Notes under the pieces: model-generated
What the model was told of the DNA's origin: nothing
The model's database searches: none
The model's input: only the letters and a program-made list of their open reading frames with translations
Source of the DNA: a bacterium
GTDB taxonomy: Bacteria > Patescibacteriota > Microgenomatia > Levybacterales > UBA12049
NCBI GenBank assembly: GCA_021824155.1
Contig: JAKALN010000001.1
Span: forward strand, 15 to 64,014
Length of the DNA stretch: 64,000 nucleotides
Direction of reading: 5' to 3'
In this document: positions 30,260 through 43,044 of the stretch, in pieces
How positions within the stretch are numbered: position 1 is the first letter of the stretch
Layout: every line of letters begins with the position of its first letter
Program-made: the position numbers and the translations under genes

Positions 30260-30739
30260 ATGGCTATTGCAGAAGCCCCAGGAAACTTCTTTCCCGGTTA
30301 CCGGGATATATCTGCTCTCTCTCAAGAACAATTAGCAAGAATCGAACAAGGCAATAGGGCTCATAGGCTGGGAAGAAAGTCTGAAATAAAAGCAGCATCT
30401 GCTCTTGAAGGATTGAAAGTAAATGGAGAAAGGGTCATTGAAAGCGTAACAAGAAATGAATGGGGAGGAGAAGAAGATGCAATGGGTCACGATTTAACTC
30501 TGGAAACAGTTATTGGACCTGTTTGGGTTCAGGTTAAATCAAGCGAGGAAGGAATGGAAGATTTTATGGCTCAAGAAGGAGAAAGATTATCAAAACTTGG
30601 TATTAAAATGTCTGTAAGAGAATCTTTTGCCAGAAGAAGACTCGTACTTTTAAATGGAAATAGAAGCAGAGATGATATTGCAAGAAATTTTCTGTTACAA
30701 TTCAAAAAAATACAAAGAGTTGTTGCCCAAGTAGCTTAG
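30260..30739 (+). CDS. Hypothetical protein (159 aa), GC-elevated
   Basis: Long ORF convergent with the next gene; no family recognised. Confidence 0.4.
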   Translation: MAIAEAPGNFFPGYRDISALSQEQLARIEQGNRAHRLGRKSEIKAASALEGLKVNGERVIESVTRNEWGGEEDAMGHDLTLETVIGPVWVQVKSSEEGMEDFMAQEGERLSKLGIKMSVRESFARRRLVLLNGNRSRDDIARNFLLQFKKIQRVVAQVA

Positions 30740-31047
30740 GATTTAGGATTTCTAATAGGACGCCAAGCTTGTCTTTTCTCCGATTTAAATATAATTGTTT
30801 CGGGAGCTCTAAAAATAATCTGATATATTTTAGGAACATGAACGCGCGCTTCTCTTCCTATTCGAAGATGTCCCCTTGTTCCGTCTTTATGCTCTATTAG
30901 TTGAGCTCTGAAATCATTATATCTATCGATATCTCTATTTGTTGATCCGCCGCTTAACGCGCGTGAGGTAATTTCCGGCAGCTCTCTAATAATTACATCT
31001 AAAGCCTCCTGAGGATCTTGAGTTACTATTTCTATCGGTGAACGCAT
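30736..31047 (-). CDS. Hypothetical protein (103 aa)
   Basis: ORF immediately downstream of fusA; no family recognised. Confidence 0.4.
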   Translation of the reverse strand: MRSPIEIVTQDPQEALDVIIRELPEITSRALSGGSTNRDIDRYNDFRAQLIEHKDGTRGHLRIGREARVHVPKIYQIIFRAPETIIFKSEKRQAWRPIRNPKS

Positions 31048-31053
31048 TGTTTT

Positions 31054-33159
31054 TTATTCTACTCTTCCCGTAAATGTGGATTTTGCAAGCATCCCCTCGA
31101 CAATATTTCGTGGAACTTCCTCATAATGAGAAGGTTCCATATAATAAGAGGCACGCCCCTGGGACATAGACCGCAACGTTGTTGCGTATCCGGAAAGCTC
31201 TGCCAAAGGAACCATTGCCAAAATAACTGTTGCTTTTCCTCTTTCCTCGGTTCCCATAATCTGTGCCCTTTTTGCGGACAAATCTCCTATTACGTCTCCC
31301 ATAAATTCACTTGGAGTTGTTACTTCAACTTTCATAATAGGCTCCAAAAGCGCCATATCCGCTTTTTTAGAAGCTGCCTGCAAAGCCTGAGATGCGGCAA
31401 TTTTAAAAGCAACTTCCGAAGAATCAACCTCGTGAAAAGAACCGTCATAAACCGTCACTTCCATATCCACCACCGGGTAACCCAAAAGTATTCCGTTTTC
31501 CAGTGTTTCCTTTACTCCCTTTTCAATCGCTTTAATAAACTCTGCCGGAATTGCTCCTCCCTTAATTGCGTCCACAAATTCGTATCCTTCACCTCTTGGC
31601 TTAGGTTTAATCCTTAACCAGCAGTGTCCGTACTGGCCTCTTCCTCCGGACTGCCTTATATATTTTCCTTCCCCTTCGGCTTCCTGTTTGATTGTTTCTT
31701 TATATGCTACCTGGGGCGCTCCTACATTTGCCAAAACACTGAATTCCCTTTTCATCCTGTCAACCATAATTTCAAGCTGTAATTCTCCCATTCCCGAAAT
31801 TATTGTCTGTCCGGTCTCGTGGTTTGTTTTTATTCTAAATGTAGGGTCTTCTTCGGAAAGCCTTTTTAAGGCAAATCCGAGCTTTTCCTGGTCAGCTTTT
31901 GTTTTAGGTTCAATGGCAAGCGAAATAACCGGCTCCGGAAAAGTAATCTGCTCTAAAATAACCGGGGCTTTTTCTTCACAAAGAGTATCTCCTGTTCCTG
32001 TTTCTTTAAGGCCAACCAATGCAACTATTTCTCCGGCATAAGCTTCTTTAATTTCTTCCCTGTGGTTTGCGTGCATTAAAAGAATACGTCCGACTCTTTC
32101 GGTTTGGTTTTTTGAACTGTTATAAATATAAGAACCTGCCACAACTTTTCCGGAATAAACTCTGAAATAAGTTAACTTTCCTACATGAGGGTCAATTTGT
32201 ATTTTAAAAGCCAGTCCTGCCGTGGGCTCTGTTGCTTCCGGTTTTCTTTTTTCTGTTTCCCCCGTTTTTGGGTTATGCCCTTCGACTTCTCCTACATCTA
32301 AAGGAGAAGGAAGATAATCTACAACCGCGTCAAGTAAAGGCTGTACGCCTTTATTCCTTAAAGACGAGCCTGCAAAAATAGGGACAAGTTTATAAGCAAT
32401 AACCGCTCTTCTTAAGGCCGCTTTTAATTCGTCGTTTGAAATTTCTTCGTTATTTAAATATTTTTCTATTAAGATATCATCTGTTTCCGCTATTTTTTCA
32501 ACCAGTTTATGCCTGTATTCTTTTACCTGCTCTTTCATCTCTTCGGGAATTTCGTCTTTTACTTCAAATTTTGCCCCCAACTCTTCCCCTCCCCAAATAT
32601 AAGACTTCATATCCAAGAGATGAACTATCCCTTTAAATGTTGATTCAGCGCCTATTGGCAAAACCATTATCAAAGGGTTTGCCCCCAAGCGGTCCTCGAT
32701 ACTTTTTACGGTTGCTAAGAAATCCGCCCCTAATTTATCCATTTTATTTACAAAACAAAGCCTCGGTACTTTATATTTATCCGCCTGCCTCCAGACAGTT
32801 TCGGACTGCGACTGTACTCCTTCTTCCGCGTCCAAAACAGTAATTCCTCCGTCTAAAACCCTAAGGGACCTTTCTACTTCTGCCGTAAAATCAACGTGTC
32901 CGGGAGTATCTATAATATTTATCCTGTAATCGTGCCAGAATGCGGTTGTAGCGGCCGAGACAATTGTTATTCCTCTTTCTCTTTCCTGTTCCATCCAGTC
33001 CATCTGGGTATTCCCTTCGTCAATGTCTCCTATTTTGTAGGTTTTTCCCGTATAAAAAAGAATACGCTCGGTAGTAGTTGTTTTACCCGCGTCAATATGG
33101 GCAATGATACCAATATTTCTTACTTTGTCTAATGTTTTAAGCCTGTCTTCTTGTGCCAT
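31054..33159 (-). CDS. fusA: Elongation factor G
   Basis: [15 protein letters not shown] start and the full 5-domain length (701 aa). Confidence 0.95.
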   Translation of the reverse strand: MAQEDRLKTLDKVRNIGIIAHIDAGKTTTTERILFYTGKTYKIGDIDEGNTQMDWMEQERERGITIVSAATTAFWHDYRINIIDTPGHVDFTAEVERSLRVLDGGITVLDAEEGVQSQSETVWRQADKYKVPRLCFVNKMDKLGADFLATVKSIEDRLGANPLIMVLPIGAESTFKGIVHLLDMKSYIWGGEELGAKFEVKDEIPEEMKEQVKEYRHKLVEKIAETDDILIEKYLNNEEISNDELKAALRRAVIAYKLVPIFAGSSLRNKGVQPLLDAVVDYLPSPLDVGEVEGHNPKTGETEKRKPEATEPTAGLAFKIQIDPHVGKLTYFRVYSGKVVAGSYIYNSSKNQTERVGRILLMHANHREEIKEAYAGEIVALVGLKETGTGDTLCEEKAPVILEQITFPEPVISLAIEPKTKADQEKLGFALKRLSEEDPTFRIKTNHETGQTIISGMGELQLEIMVDRMKREFSVLANVGAPQVAYKETIKQEAEGEGKYIRQSGGRGQYGHCWLRIKPKPRGEGYEFVDAIKGGAIPAEFIKAIEKGVKETLENGILLGYPVVDMEVTVYDGSFHEVDSSEVAFKIAASQALQAASKKADMALLEPIMKVEVTTPSEFMGDVIGDLSAKRAQIMGTEERGKATVILAMVPLAELSGYATTLRSMSQGRASYYMEPSHYEEVPRNIVEGMLAKSTFTGRVE

Positions 33160-33222
33160 ATAATAACCTTAAAAAAACTCTCCCTCCTGGAAGAGCCATA
33201 AAATTATAGCATAAATACCACT

Positions 33223-33705
33223 CTATTGGCTAGTGTTTTCAGCGGTTAAGCGGGATAGAAGTTTTTCTGCTTCCGTTACAGCTAATTTATCGTCTTCGCC
33301 TTTGTCCAGGGTAGTGATTGTATCCTCAGGACCCAAATATGGGTCGATTCTTGTTCTTTCAAAAGTTACATATGCTTCTGTTGGTAAAGGAGCAAGTTGT
33401 ATGTCTAAGGATTCTTCTATTGTGTTTCCCGGAGCCTCCGGAGTATCGGCCCTTACTTTTAAAAATCCGTCTTCTCCTTGAGAATAGGAAAAATCATATT
33501 CTGTTTCTCCTCTTGTAGCCCTAAAAGAGATTCCAGACTCGTCTTCAAGTGCGAATTTTCTTTCGCGCATAGCCTCTAAAGCTTTTAAATACGACCCCTT
33601 AAGTTCTTTTGCTCGAGCCTTCAATTGCTCTCCCACTGTTAACCACTCGGTTGGCTTTTGCGCTTCATTAGGTGATTGTCCTTCCCCTTTTGGCTCGTTG
33701 TCCAT
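33223..33705 (-). CDS. Hypothetical acidic protein (160 aa) between rpsG and fusA
   Basis: ORF in operon orientation; no family recognised. Confidence 0.45.
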   Translation of the reverse strand: MDNEPKGEGQSPNEAQKPTEWLTVGEQLKARAKELKGSYLKALEAMRERKFALEDESGISFRATRGETEYDFSYSQGEDGFLKVRADTPEAPGNTIEESLDIQLAPLPTEAYVTFERTRIDPYLGPEDTITTLDKGEDDKLAVTEAEKLLSRLTAENTSQ

Positions 33706-33762
33706 AAAAATATTATATGCCTATATTTTTAAAAGTCAAAATGTGATGAAGGTTTCTGAAGA

Positions 33763-34236
33763 TTAAAATCTAAAATGGGAGAAGGCCCTGTTTGCCTCGG
33801 CCATCCTAAGAACGGTGTCTCTTTTCTTAACAGCTGCGCCGGCGTTTTCTGAAGCATCTAAAAATTCTGCTGCCAATTTTTCGGAAAAAGTTTTGTAGTC
33901 TTTGTTGGACCTTGCGCGGGCTGCTTCCACAATCCACCTTATTGCCAAAGAAGTTCTTCTGTCTCCCCTTACTTCCGTAGGAACCTGATAATTTGCTCCT
34001 CCGACTCTTCTTGATTTAACTTCGGTCTTAGGGCCTACGTTTGAAATTGCTGTTTCAAAAACTTCAAGGGCGTTTTTTTCTTTGCTTTCCAATATTTTAA
34101 AAGAATCGTAAAAAACTTTTTCCGCAACCGATTTTTTGCCGTCTTTCATTATATCGTTAATAAATTTGGCAACAAGTAGGTTTCCGTAAAGCTTGTCGTT
34201 TTCAATCTGTCTTTTTTGTACTTTTTTATGACGCAT
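33763..34236 (-). CDS. rpsG: 30S ribosomal protein S7
   Basis: S7 core; start placed at MRHKKVQKRQ, 1 nt after the rpsL stop. Confidence 0.85.
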   Translation of the reverse strand: MRHKKVQKRQIENDKLYGNLLVAKFINDIMKDGKKSVAEKVFYDSFKILESKEKNALEVFETAISNVGPKTEVKSRRVGGANYQVPTEVRGDRRTSLAIRWIVEAARARSNKDYKTFSEKLAAEFLDASENAGAAVKKRDTVLRMAEANRAFSHFRF

Positions 34237-34237
34237 A

Positions 34238-34723
34238 TTAGGCTGCTCCTCCTTCTGCGGGTGCCGCCGGTGCTGCTGGCGCAGGCGTTCCTGCCGCAAC
34301 TCTTGGACCGGCTCCTCCGCCTTTCTTTGTTCCGTATTTGCTTCTTGATCTTTTTCTTCCTTCTACTCCCTGCAAGTCAAATTTTCCCCTTACAATGTGA
34401 TATTTAACTCCGGGCAAATCCTTAACCCTTCCGCCCCTGACTAAAACTATTCCGTGTTCGGAAAGCGAATGTCCTATTCCCTGGATATACGCGGTAACTT
34501 CGGTTCTGTTTGAGAGCTTTACTCTTGCAACTTTTCTCAAAGCCGAATTAGGTTTTTTAGGAGTCATCGTTTTAACCAATGTAACAACCCCTCTTTTTTG
34601 AGGAGATGCAACAGAGGTATAAACTCTGTCTTTTGCATTAAAAAGACGCCTAAGGCCTGTTGACCTTACTTTTTTAGTCTTTCTTTTTCTTCCTTTTTTA
34701 GCAAGTTGTGATAATGTCGGCAT
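34238..34723 (-). CDS. rpsL: 30S ribosomal protein S12 with Ala/Pro/Gly-rich C-terminal extension
   Basis: S12 core [16 protein letters not shown] ... HIVRG, then a 27-aa low-complexity tail ([27 protein letters not shown]). Confidence 0.9.
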   Translation of the reverse strand: MPTLSQLAKKGRKRKTKKVRSTGLRRLFNAKDRVYTSVASPQKRGVVTLVKTMTPKKPNSALRKVARVKLSNRTEVTAYIQGIGHSLSEHGIVLVRGGRVKDLPGVKYHIVRGKFDLQGVEGRKRSRSKYGTKKGGGAGPRVAAGTPAPAAPAAPAEGGAA

Positions 34724-34804
34724 ATATTTTTTAAAATCCTAAATTTAAAATCCTAAATCCTAAAAGTTTAGAGTTTAGATATTGGTGTTTAGTGCTTCGC
34801 ACTA

Positions 34805-37800
34805 TTATACCTCAACGGCTTCGTTGGCTACAACCGGAATAAGCCTTCCGATAATAACGTTTTCCTTAAGGCCTACAAGCTTATCCTCTGCTCCCTCCAA
34901 AGCTGCTTCTGTTAATACTTTTGTTGTCTCCTGGAACGAAGATGCCGAAAGCCATGAATCCGAGAACAGCGAAGACTTTGTAATACCAAGGATTATCTGC
35001 CTTGCGGTTGCAGGCTCTCCTCCCTGGGACAATACTTCGGCGTTTATTTCCTCAAACCTCGTCCTGGTTATGAAATCTCCGGGAATAAGGGCTGTGTCTC
35101 CGACAGTTTCTACTATTACTTTGTCGGACATTTTTCGCAAAATTACTTCAAAATGTTTATCGTTTATACCGATTCCCTGGGATTCATAAACTTTTTGGGC
35201 TTCGTTTATTATGTATCTTTGCGCACCGAGCAAATCTTTTACTTTTAATATTTCCTTAGGATCAAGATATCCTTGGGCAAGCTGGGCTCCAACTCCTATT
35301 TCGTCTCCTTCGGAAACCATCAAAGTCGAAGCAAGGGGAACAAAATATTCTCTTTCTTCGTTTGGTTTTACCCTTGAGTTTTTAACCCTTATTACATATC
35401 CGTCTTCTGTTGTTTCTATGCTTACTTTTCCTGCTACATCGGAAATAGGAGAAAGGTTTTTGGGAGTTCTCATTTCGAAAAGTTCCTCAACCCTTGGCAA
35501 ACCTTGCGTAACGTCGCTCATTACAACCCCTCCGAAATGTCTGACCCTCATTGTAAGCTGTGTTCCCGGCTCTCCGATTGACTGGGCTGCAACTACTCCT
35601 ACGGGTACTCCAAGTTCTACATTTTTCCTGTTGGAAAAATCCCAGCCGTAGCATCTTACGCAAATTCCGTATTCAAGCTTACAGGTAATCGGGCTTCTTA
35701 CAACAACTTCCTCAATTTCGCTGTCTAGAATTGCTTTTACTTTTGCTTCGGTAATTTCTTCTCCCGCTTTTACAATTTCTTTTTTATTTTTCTTGGAAAC
35801 TATATGCGTTGCCGCAAATCTTCCCAAAAGCCTGTCTCCGAATGCGGCCGTTCTGTCGAGTTCGTTTGCGGATATTAATATTCCGTCCTTTGTACCGCAG
35901 TCATCCGACCTTATTATTACGTCGTGGGAAACATCAACAAGCCTTCTTGTTAAATAACCGGCATTTGCGGTTTTCAAAGCAGAGTCGGTAAGTCCTTTTC
36001 TCGAACCTCTTGCACTTGCAACGTACTCAAAGATTGAAAGTCCCTGTCTGAAGTTTGATTTAATAGGAAGTTCAACAATCTTTCCCAAAGGATCAAGAAT
36101 AAGTCCTCTCATGGCGGAAAGCTGTTTTAACTGTTCTTTTCCTGCTCTTGCTCCCTCGGAATCGATAATAACCCTAATCATGTTTTCTTTGTTAAGGTTA
36201 TTCCATGTAAGATTTGCGAGCTCATCTGTTGTTTTTAGCCATATTTCGTTTGAGAGCCTTTTTCTTTCGTCAATTGTAATAAGACCTTCCTGATAATCTT
36301 TTTCTACTCCCGAAACTTTACCTTCGGCTTCATTTATTAATTTTCCTTTTTGGGGCACCATTGTGTTGTCAAAAACCGAAACCGAAATTCCCGAAATTGT
36401 GGAACCGAAGAAACCTAAGGATTTTATATTATCTATTAAATCCGCTACCTCATCGGACGTGCAGAGAGAAATTGCTTTTGTAACAAGCTTTTTTATTCCC
36501 GATGCCTTAACGGGTTCGTTTATAAAGCCCAGAGCTTCGGGAAGCCTTTCGTTAAACATAAGCCTTCCAAGCGTTGTTTCAACAAGTTTTCCTTCAACCC
36601 TTACATTTATCGGTTCCCTTAAAGTTATTCTCCCGAAGGAATTAGACAAAAGCGCTTCGTGATAATCGGCAAAAGTCGGCAATTCTTCTTTTCTGGAAGT
36701 CTCATCAAGAGACGTTATATAAAATACTCCGACTGCCATTTCTTTGTTGGGAAGAGTAATCGGGCTTCCGTCTGCCGGCTTTAAAAGATTATTTCTTGGC
36801 ATCATAAGCTGTATTGCCTCTTCCTGGGCTTTTTGCGAAAGAGGAATATGTACTGCCATCTGGTCTCCGTCAAAGTCCGCGTTATATCCGGCGCAGACAC
36901 AAGGATGCAAAGAAATTGCAGAACCTTCGGTTAATACCGGATAAAAAGCCTGAATACCAAGTTTGTGCAAAGTGGGTGCGCGGTTTAGCAAAACAGGATG
37001 GTTTTTTGTGATTTCTTCCAAAATATCGAATACTTCAGGAGGCCTTTTTTCTATAAATCTTTTTGCAGACTTTATATTTGGGGCAAAACCTCTTAAAATT
37101 ACTTCCCGCAAAACAAAAGGTTTAAACATTTCCAATGCCATTTCCTTGGGAAGTCCGCACTGGGAAATGTTAAGCTGGGGCCCTACAACAATTACGCTTC
37201 GGCCGCTATAATCAACCCTTTTTCCTAAAAGGTTTTGCCTGAATCTTCCCTGTTTTCCTCTTAACATATCGGACAACGACCTTAAAGGCGATGCTACAAA
37301 CTGACCGCTTCGTTGCGATGCGTCAATTAAAGAATCAACGGATTCCTGGAGCATTCTTTTTTCGTTTCGCAAAATTATTTCGGGAGCCCCCAAGGAAATT
37401 AAATGCCTCAAACGGTTATTTCTATTAATTACTCTTCTGTACAAATCGTTTAAGTCAGATGTAGCAAATCTTCCTCCCGCAAGCTGTACCATAGGCCTTA
37501 AATCCGGAGGGATAACGGGCAAAACCGTAAATACCATGTTGGCCGGGGATACTCCCGCTTCTCTCATGGCCTCTATTAGCCTTAATCTTTTAATAACCTT
37601 TAAGTATTTCTGTCCCTTTGACTTTTCCGCTTCCGCTCTTAAAGATATAATAAGACCCGCCAAATCGATTTTATTTACAAGCTCCATTAGTCCTTCCGCG
37701 CCTGTTTTTATTGTGAAGAAAACGGGAATATCGTATTCCAGAATTTTGTAGTATTCGTCTTCGGATAAAACGCTTCCGACTTTAAGGCTTTTCAAAAGCC

Positions 37801-38521
37801 TTGAAAGCGCGTCGGAAATTTCTTCGAGTTTTTTGTTTTCCGCTTCAAATCTTTCTTTAAGCCTTGCCAGCCTTTGCCTTTTCTGGAGCTCCAGCTCTTC
37901 TGCTATTAAGGTTTTTTGTTCGCCTTTAACCTTAACGTCTTTTGAATCTTTTTTCTTTTCCGCCATTTCTTTCTCGACCTTTTTTTCTTCTTCGTCCATT
38001 TCCCTTTTCTGCTCGGCTTTTCTATCGTCTATTGTTTTGTTAAGGGTGGAAAGGGCCTCTTTTTTCTTGTCTTCGTCTATTCCGACAACCAAATATGAAG
38101 CGTAGTAAATAACAGATTCCAAATTTTTCTGGGACATATCCAGAATTAAAGACAAAGGAGAAGACGAACCTTTAAAAAACCAAACGTGCGCAACGGGAGC
38201 CGCAATTGTAATATGGCCCATTCTTTCTCTTCTAACCCTTGAAAGTGTTACTTCGACTCCGCATTTATCACAGATAATCCCCCTGTTTCTGATTCTTTTG
38301 TATTTTCCGCAGTAACATTCCCAGTCTTTTGTGGGTCCGAAAATTCTTTCGTCAAAAAGTCCGTCTTTTTCAGGCCTTAATGTCCTATAATTGATTGTCT
38401 CCGGTTTTGTAACCTCTCCGTACGACCAGGAAAGAATATCTTCTTTGCTTGCCAATAATATTTTTAAGGCTTTAAAATCCAAAACTGTAATATCTTTCAT
38501 TTTTTTATTATCGTTATTCAT
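34805..38521 (-). CDS. rpoC: DNA-directed RNA polymerase subunit beta'
   Basis: NADFDGDQM catalytic motif and zinc-binding CxxC; 1238 aa. Confidence 0.95.
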   Translation of the reverse strand: MNNDNKKMKDITVLDFKALKILLASKEDILSWSYGEVTKPETINYRTLRPEKDGLFDERIFGPTKDWECYCGKYKRIRNRGIICDKCGVEVTLSRVRRERMGHITIAAPVAHVWFFKGSSSPLSLILDMSQKNLESVIYYASYLVVGIDEDKKKEALSTLNKTIDDRKAEQKREMDEEEKKVEKEMAEKKKDSKDVKVKGEQKTLIAEELELQKRQRLARLKERFEAENKKLEEISDALSRLLKSLKVGSVLSEDEYYKILEYDIPVFFTIKTGAEGLMELVNKIDLAGLIISLRAEAEKSKGQKYLKVIKRLRLIEAMREAGVSPANMVFTVLPVIPPDLRPMVQLAGGRFATSDLNDLYRRVINRNNRLRHLISLGAPEIILRNEKRMLQESVDSLIDASQRSGQFVASPLRSLSDMLRGKQGRFRQNLLGKRVDYSGRSVIVVGPQLNISQCGLPKEMALEMFKPFVLREVILRGFAPNIKSAKRFIEKRPPEVFDILEEITKNHPVLLNRAPTLHKLGIQAFYPVLTEGSAISLHPCVCAGYNADFDGDQMAVHIPLSQKAQEEAIQLMMPRNNLLKPADGSPITLPNKEMAVGVFYITSLDETSRKEELPTFADYHEALLSNSFGRITLREPINVRVEGKLVETTLGRLMFNERLPEALGFINEPVKASGIKKLVTKAISLCTSDEVADLIDNIKSLGFFGSTISGISVSVFDNTMVPQKGKLINEAEGKVSGVEKDYQEGLITIDERKRLSNEIWLKTTDELANLTWNNLNKENMIRVIIDSEGARAGKEQLKQLSAMRGLILDPLGKIVELPIKSNFRQGLSIFEYVASARGSRKGLTDSALKTANAGYLTRRLVDVSHDVIIRSDDCGTKDGILISANELDRTAAFGDRLLGRFAATHIVSKKNKKEIVKAGEEITEAKVKAILDSEIEEVVVRSPITCKLEYGICVRCYGWDFSNRKNVELGVPVGVVAAQSIGEPGTQLTMRVRHFGGVVMSDVTQGLPRVEELFEMRTPKNLSPISDVAGKVSIETTEDGYVIRVKNSRVKPNEEREYFVPLASTLMVSEGDEIGVGAQLAQGYLDPKEILKVKDLLGAQRYIINEAQKVYESQGIGINDKHFEVILRKMSDKVIVETVGDTALIPGDFITRTRFEEINAEVLSQGGEPATARQIILGITKSSLFSDSWLSASSFQETTKVLTEAALEGAEDKLVGLKENVIIGRLIPVVANEAVEV

Positions 38522-41500
38522 TTTTTTCTCCTTCTTCCGCTATTTCTTCGGCATCTTCTACGGCTTTTTCATCGGAGGGAGTTTCTTCTCCGCTTAAACT
38601 TAACCCTTCTTCCCCTCCGGATACTCCTTCGGTTTGGCCTCCAAGCTCTTCCTGGAGTTCTTTTGCTTCTCCTTCTGCTTTTTCCTCGGCTTTTTCCTCG
38701 GCGGGTGTTTCATTCACCGGAATATCAAGCGGTTTATCCGAAATTGTAGCCCCCATAGGAACAACGTTAAGCCCCAGTGCCTGAAGTTCTTTTATCAAAA
38801 CTTTAAACGATTCCGGAACTTTGGGTGTTGGAATATCTGTCCCCTTAACAATGGCTTCAAAAGCTTTTGCTCTTCCGACAACGTCGTCCGATTTAATTGT
38901 AAGCATTTCCTGCAAAGTGTACCTTGCCCTGTGTGATTCTAAGGCCCAGACCTCCATCTCCCCCAACCTTTGTCCTCCCATTTGCGCTTTTCCTCCCAAA
39001 GGCTGCTGAGTAACCAAAGAATATGGACCTGTCGAACGCGCATGGGTTTTGTCTTCGACCATGTGGATAAGCTTCATTACGTATTCTATCCCTACAACCG
39101 CGGGATTTTCATAGGGTTCTCCTGTTCTTCCGTCGTAAAGAATTGCTTTTCCGTTTACGGGAAGACCTGCTCTTTTAAGCTCGTCAACAATCCTGTTTTC
39201 TTCAACTTCCTCAAAAACCGGCACTCCGACTTTTGAGCTTAAGCTCGATTGCGCCCAGCCCAAATGCGCTTCCAAGAGCTGTCCCAAATTCATACGGGCG
39301 AGTACCGAAATAGGCGAAATTATAATGTCAACCGCTGTTCCGTCTGCCAAATGGGGCATATCGACTTCGGGCAAAATTCTTGATATGACTCCTTTATTTC
39401 CGTGTCTTCCGGCAAGCTTGTCTCCGATTACAACGTGCCTAAACTGCGCTACTTCAACGAGTATTTTTCTTATTGTTCCGGGCTCCAATTCGTCGCCTTT
39501 TTTCCTGTCTAATATCTGAACACTTATAACTGTTCCTCTTTCTCCATGGGGCATTCTTAAAGATGTATCCCTTACTTCTCTTGCCTGTTCTCCGAATATT
39601 GCTCTTAAAAGTCTTTCTTCCGCTGTTAATTCGGTTTCGCCTTTTGGAGCTATTTTTCCGACAATTATGTCTCCGGGCCCTACCAAACTTCCGACAACGA
39701 CTATTCCGTCTTCGTCCAAATTAGCCAAATCTTCCTCGGAAACGTTTGGAATATCCCTGGTTGTTTCTTCGGGCCCTAATTTTGTCTCTACAACCGCTGC
39801 TTCGTATTTTTCAATGTGGATGGAAGACAAAATATCTTCTTTAACAAGCCTTTCCGAAATTACAATTCCGTCTTCGTATCCTAATCCGTCAAAAGATGTG
39901 TAAGCAATTGTAAGGTTTTGTCCCAAAGCCAGTTCTCCGTTGTCGGAAGCGGGTCCGTCAACAAGCAAATCTCCTTTTTTGACTTTTGCGCCTGTCTTAA
40001 CTACCGTTGTCTGCGTATAAGAAGTTGCCTGGGATGTCCTTTTAAATGAATCTACGTAATATGTTGCTTCTTCCTTTGGGCTTTTTCCTTTGATTGTAAC
40101 TTTGTTTGCATCGGCAAAAGTGATTGTCCCGTCATAGGGTGCAGTTATAACTCTTCCCATAACCGCGGAAATTGCTTTTTCCATGCCTGTTCCTACAACA
40201 GGACTTGCGGGTTTTACCAAGGGAACAGCCTGACACTGCATATGGGTACCCATTAAAGCCCTGTTTGCTTCATCATGGCTTATAAAAGGAATTAAAGATG
40301 CGGCAGAACCTACAACCTGCCTTGGGGCAACGTCAACATATTCAACGTTTTCCCTTTCGGTTTCTATAAATTCGCCCTTGTATCTTGCGGCGACTCTGTC
40401 TTCTTCTATTGTATCTTTATCCGTTAATGCTCCCGAATGGGTTATATAATGCTCTCTTTCGTCGTCTGCGGCCATAAAAACCATTTCGTTTGTCGCTTTG
40501 GAAACAATGTTATTGCCGTGTTTTTCGTGGACAACTTTCCTGTACGGGCTTTCCAAAAATCCGAATTCGTTAACTTTTGAATATAAAGCCATATATGTAA
40601 CCAAACCGATATTCGGTCCCTCGGGGCTTCTGATGGGACAAATTCTTCCGTACTGGGAAGAATTGATATCGCGGATAGAAAAAGCCGCTCTTTCTCTTGA
40701 AATTCCGCCCGTTCCCATAACTGTTAAACGGTTTAAGTTGTCTATTTCGGATAACGGGTTTGTCTGGTCTAAAATTGTGGAAAGCTGGGAGGTCCTGAAG
40801 AATTCGTTAATTGCTGCCATAATAGGCCTTGCGTTAATAAGTCCTGCAATGGAAACCGGAACGTCCGGCTGGATTAATGTCATTCTTTCTTTTATGCTTC
40901 GCTCTAACCTTAATACTCCGATTCTAAATGCCGTTGCGGCAACCAATTCTCCTACGCACCTAACACGTCTGTTTGCCAGCGAATCTATATCGTCAACTCC
41001 GTCTTTCCCCTGAGCCAAACCTATTAAAAAGCTCATTGCCCCGATAATATCGTTAACGGTTAATATCTTTGTATCTTTATCCGCCGGTTCAAATCCGGGT
41101 GTTCCCGCAAGTTTTTTATTTATCTTATATCTTCCCACTTCTCCCAAATCGTATCTTCTGTTGTTAAAAAACATTCCGTTAAAGTTTTCCCTTACTTTTT
41201 CCAAAACAACCGGTTCTCCGGGATGCATTTTTTTGAATATTTCTATTAAAGCGTCTGTCGAGTCTCCGGTTTCGTCTTTTTGAAGTGTGTTTTCTATAAA
41301 TGAGGTTTTTCCGTCCGCTTCCAAGTCTTTGAATTTTTCTTTTATGTCTTCGTTTGAAGAAATTCCCAGAGCTCTTAAAAAGGTTGATGCCAAAAACTTT
41401 CTTCTTCTGTCTATTTTTACCATTATTGTTTCGTGCCTTGTTGTTGTAAATTCAAGCCAGCTTCCGTGGACGGGCCTGATTTCGGAGGTAAATAAGTTTT

Positions 41501-41981
41501 TACCCGTAACGTTGTCCTGAAGAGCCGTAAAGAAAACTCCCGGGCTTCTTACCAGCTGGTTTACAACTGCTCTTTCTATTCCGTTTACAATAAAGGTCCC
41601 TCTTTCCGTCATCTGGGGAATATCTCCCAAGAATACTTCCTGGTCTATTGTTGAATTTGTTTTTTTATTTATTAAAGTTGCGTTTACGTAAAGGGGGGCG
41701 TCGTAGGTTAAACCTTTGGAAAGAGCAATGTCGGGGGTATTGCTTATCTTTCCAAGCCTGTAATCTTTAAGGACAAGACTCCAGTTTTTTTCCGTAAAAT
41801 CATCGATAGGGGAAATTTCCTGAAGGACCTGGGAAATACCTTTTTCCAAAAACCACTGATATGACTGTTTTTGAATAGCAAGTAAATCAAGTTGCGGTAA
41901 AAGAGAATGGGTTTTACCCCAGTTCTTTCTTGTTACGGTAATGTTATCCTTATTGTCTTTCTTGTCGGTATTTTTAGGCAT
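38514..41981 (-). CDS. rpoB: DNA-directed RNA polymerase subunit beta, acidic C-terminal tail
   Basis: Conserved beta blocks; 1155 aa; 8-nt overlap with rpoC. Confidence 0.95.
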   Translation of the reverse strand: MPKNTDKKDNKDNITVTRKNWGKTHSLLPQLDLLAIQKQSYQWFLEKGISQVLQEISPIDDFTEKNWSLVLKDYRLGKISNTPDIALSKGLTYDAPLYVNATLINKKTNSTIDQEVFLGDIPQMTERGTFIVNGIERAVVNQLVRSPGVFFTALQDNVTGKNLFTSEIRPVHGSWLEFTTTRHETIMVKIDRRRKFLASTFLRALGISSNEDIKEKFKDLEADGKTSFIENTLQKDETGDSTDALIEIFKKMHPGEPVVLEKVRENFNGMFFNNRRYDLGEVGRYKINKKLAGTPGFEPADKDTKILTVNDIIGAMSFLIGLAQGKDGVDDIDSLANRRVRCVGELVAATAFRIGVLRLERSIKERMTLIQPDVPVSIAGLINARPIMAAINEFFRTSQLSTILDQTNPLSEIDNLNRLTVMGTGGISRERAAFSIRDINSSQYGRICPIRSPEGPNIGLVTYMALYSKVNEFGFLESPYRKVVHEKHGNNIVSKATNEMVFMAADDEREHYITHSGALTDKDTIEEDRVAARYKGEFIETERENVEYVDVAPRQVVGSAASLIPFISHDEANRALMGTHMQCQAVPLVKPASPVVGTGMEKAISAVMGRVITAPYDGTITFADANKVTIKGKSPKEEATYYVDSFKRTSQATSYTQTTVVKTGAKVKKGDLLVDGPASDNGELALGQNLTIAYTSFDGLGYEDGIVISERLVKEDILSSIHIEKYEAAVVETKLGPEETTRDIPNVSEEDLANLDEDGIVVVGSLVGPGDIIVGKIAPKGETELTAEERLLRAIFGEQAREVRDTSLRMPHGERGTVISVQILDRKKGDELEPGTIRKILVEVAQFRHVVIGDKLAGRHGNKGVISRILPEVDMPHLADGTAVDIIISPISVLARMNLGQLLEAHLGWAQSSLSSKVGVPVFEEVEENRIVDELKRAGLPVNGKAILYDGRTGEPYENPAVVGIEYVMKLIHMVEDKTHARSTGPYSLVTQQPLGGKAQMGGQRLGEMEVWALESHRARYTLQEMLTIKSDDVVGRAKAFEAIVKGTDIPTPKVPESFKVLIKELQALGLNVVPMGATISDKPLDIPVNETPAEEKAEEKAEGEAKELQEELGGQTEGVSGGEEGLSLSGEETPSDEKAVEDAEEIAEEGEKNE

Positions 41982-42082
41982 TAGTAATTAGAATTCAAGT
42001 AGGATTTATCGTAGGGCACACAACACCAAAAAAAAGGCGCAAGAGTCTTATCCTTGTAAATCCTTTATATATAAAGTGTTGT

Positions 42083-42112
42083 TTTTATACCATACATAAT
42101 TATGGGGTGTCA
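42083..42112 (-). promoter_or_regulatory. Candidate sigma70-like promoter for rpoB-rpoC (TTGACA-N18-TATAAA with TGn)
   Basis: Read on the minus strand: TTGACAccccataattatgtaTGgTATAAA, about 100 nt upstream of the rpoB ATG. Confidence 0.3.
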
Positions 42113-42127
42113 AGGGGGAATTTTATT

Positions 42128-42240
42128 TGAGGATGGACACTGGAAACTGGAAGTTCGACCTTGAAGCTGGAAAATAGAAATTGGAAATCTAACTTCCATC
42201 ATCGAACTTCAAATTCTAACTTCTATCATCTATTGTCTAC
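42128..42240. repeat. Palindromic TGGAA/TTCCA pentamer-repeat element, intact copy A
   Basis: The left arm has four GGAA/TGGAA repeats and the right arm has three ACTTC repeats, ending in TGTCTAC. Related copies lie at 54225, 52573/53011 and 45562. Confidence 0.6.
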
Positions 42241-42256
42241 CATCAACTAATGAACT

Positions 42257-43000
42257 TTATAAACTGGTGAATTCCAGCATTAGCGGTGAATGGTCGGAAA
42301 CAACATCCGGCAAAACTTTAAAATCCAAAACTTTAACGCCGTTAGATACCAATATATAATCCGCAAACAAATCCCCCATATCATACCTGTCGTAAAGTTT
42401 TGTCCTTGTAGAAGTTACTTTATATTCTTTAACAAGATTTCTTAAATTTTCTTCCAATATCAACAGGCTTTTCGTATCCGGCAACAAATTAAAATCCCCA
42501 GCCAGAATTTTTGCGCCTTTTTGTTTGTCTAAAAATTCTTTTACTTTTTTAGACTGTTCAAGCCTTTCCGGCGTATCGCCTTTTCCCTCTCTTATCCAAA
42601 GGCCGTGCATATGGGAAACAATAATGTCTTTTCCGTTTAGTTTAAACTTTATAAACTGAAGATTTCTTCCCTGGGTTGAGGGATCATTGTCTATCATTGC
42701 GTCCTGAAAGCGGTAAATGAAAAAATCCCCCTCCTCTTCTATATTTATAGTATTTTTAACAAATATAGAAAGACCCATGTTTTCCTGTCTTTTAAAAAAT
42801 CCTTTATGTCGGGGCAATAAATTTTCTATTATCGAATAAACATTTGGGACAGCATCCTGAAAAGTAACAGGATTTTTTCTTCCGTTAAATACTTCCTGGA
42901 AGCAAAAGACATCGGTGTCTTTATTTTCCGATATAAATTTTTTTAAAGGTTCTAAAATTTGTCCGCCCCAAATGTTTAAGGTTATTAATTTCACAAACAA
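42257..43000 (-). CDS. Endonuclease/exonuclease/phosphatase (EEP) family protein
   Basis: LNIWGG near the N-terminus and SDHSPL near the C-terminus. Confidence 0.7.
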   Translation of the reverse strand: MFVKLITLNIWGGQILEPLKKFISENKDTDVFCFQEVFNGRKNPVTFQDAVPNVYSIIENLLPRHKGFFKRQENMGLSIFVKNTINIEEEGDFFIYRFQDAMIDNDPSTQGRNLQFIKFKLNGKDIIVSHMHGLWIREGKGDTPERLEQSKKVKEFLDKQKGAKILAGDFNLLPDTKSLLILEENLRNLVKEYKVTSTRTKLYDRYDMGDLFADYILVSNGVKVLDFKVLPDVVSDHSPLMLEFTSL

Positions 43001-43044
43001 AATTATATCACGGAAAAAATTCTTAAAAGATCTATAATTAAAAT

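Noticed and set aside
34782-41520. Many plus-strand ORFs inside rpoC and rpoB
   Set aside because: These are antisense frames of highly conserved RNAP genes, with low-complexity Ser/Phe/Leu translations
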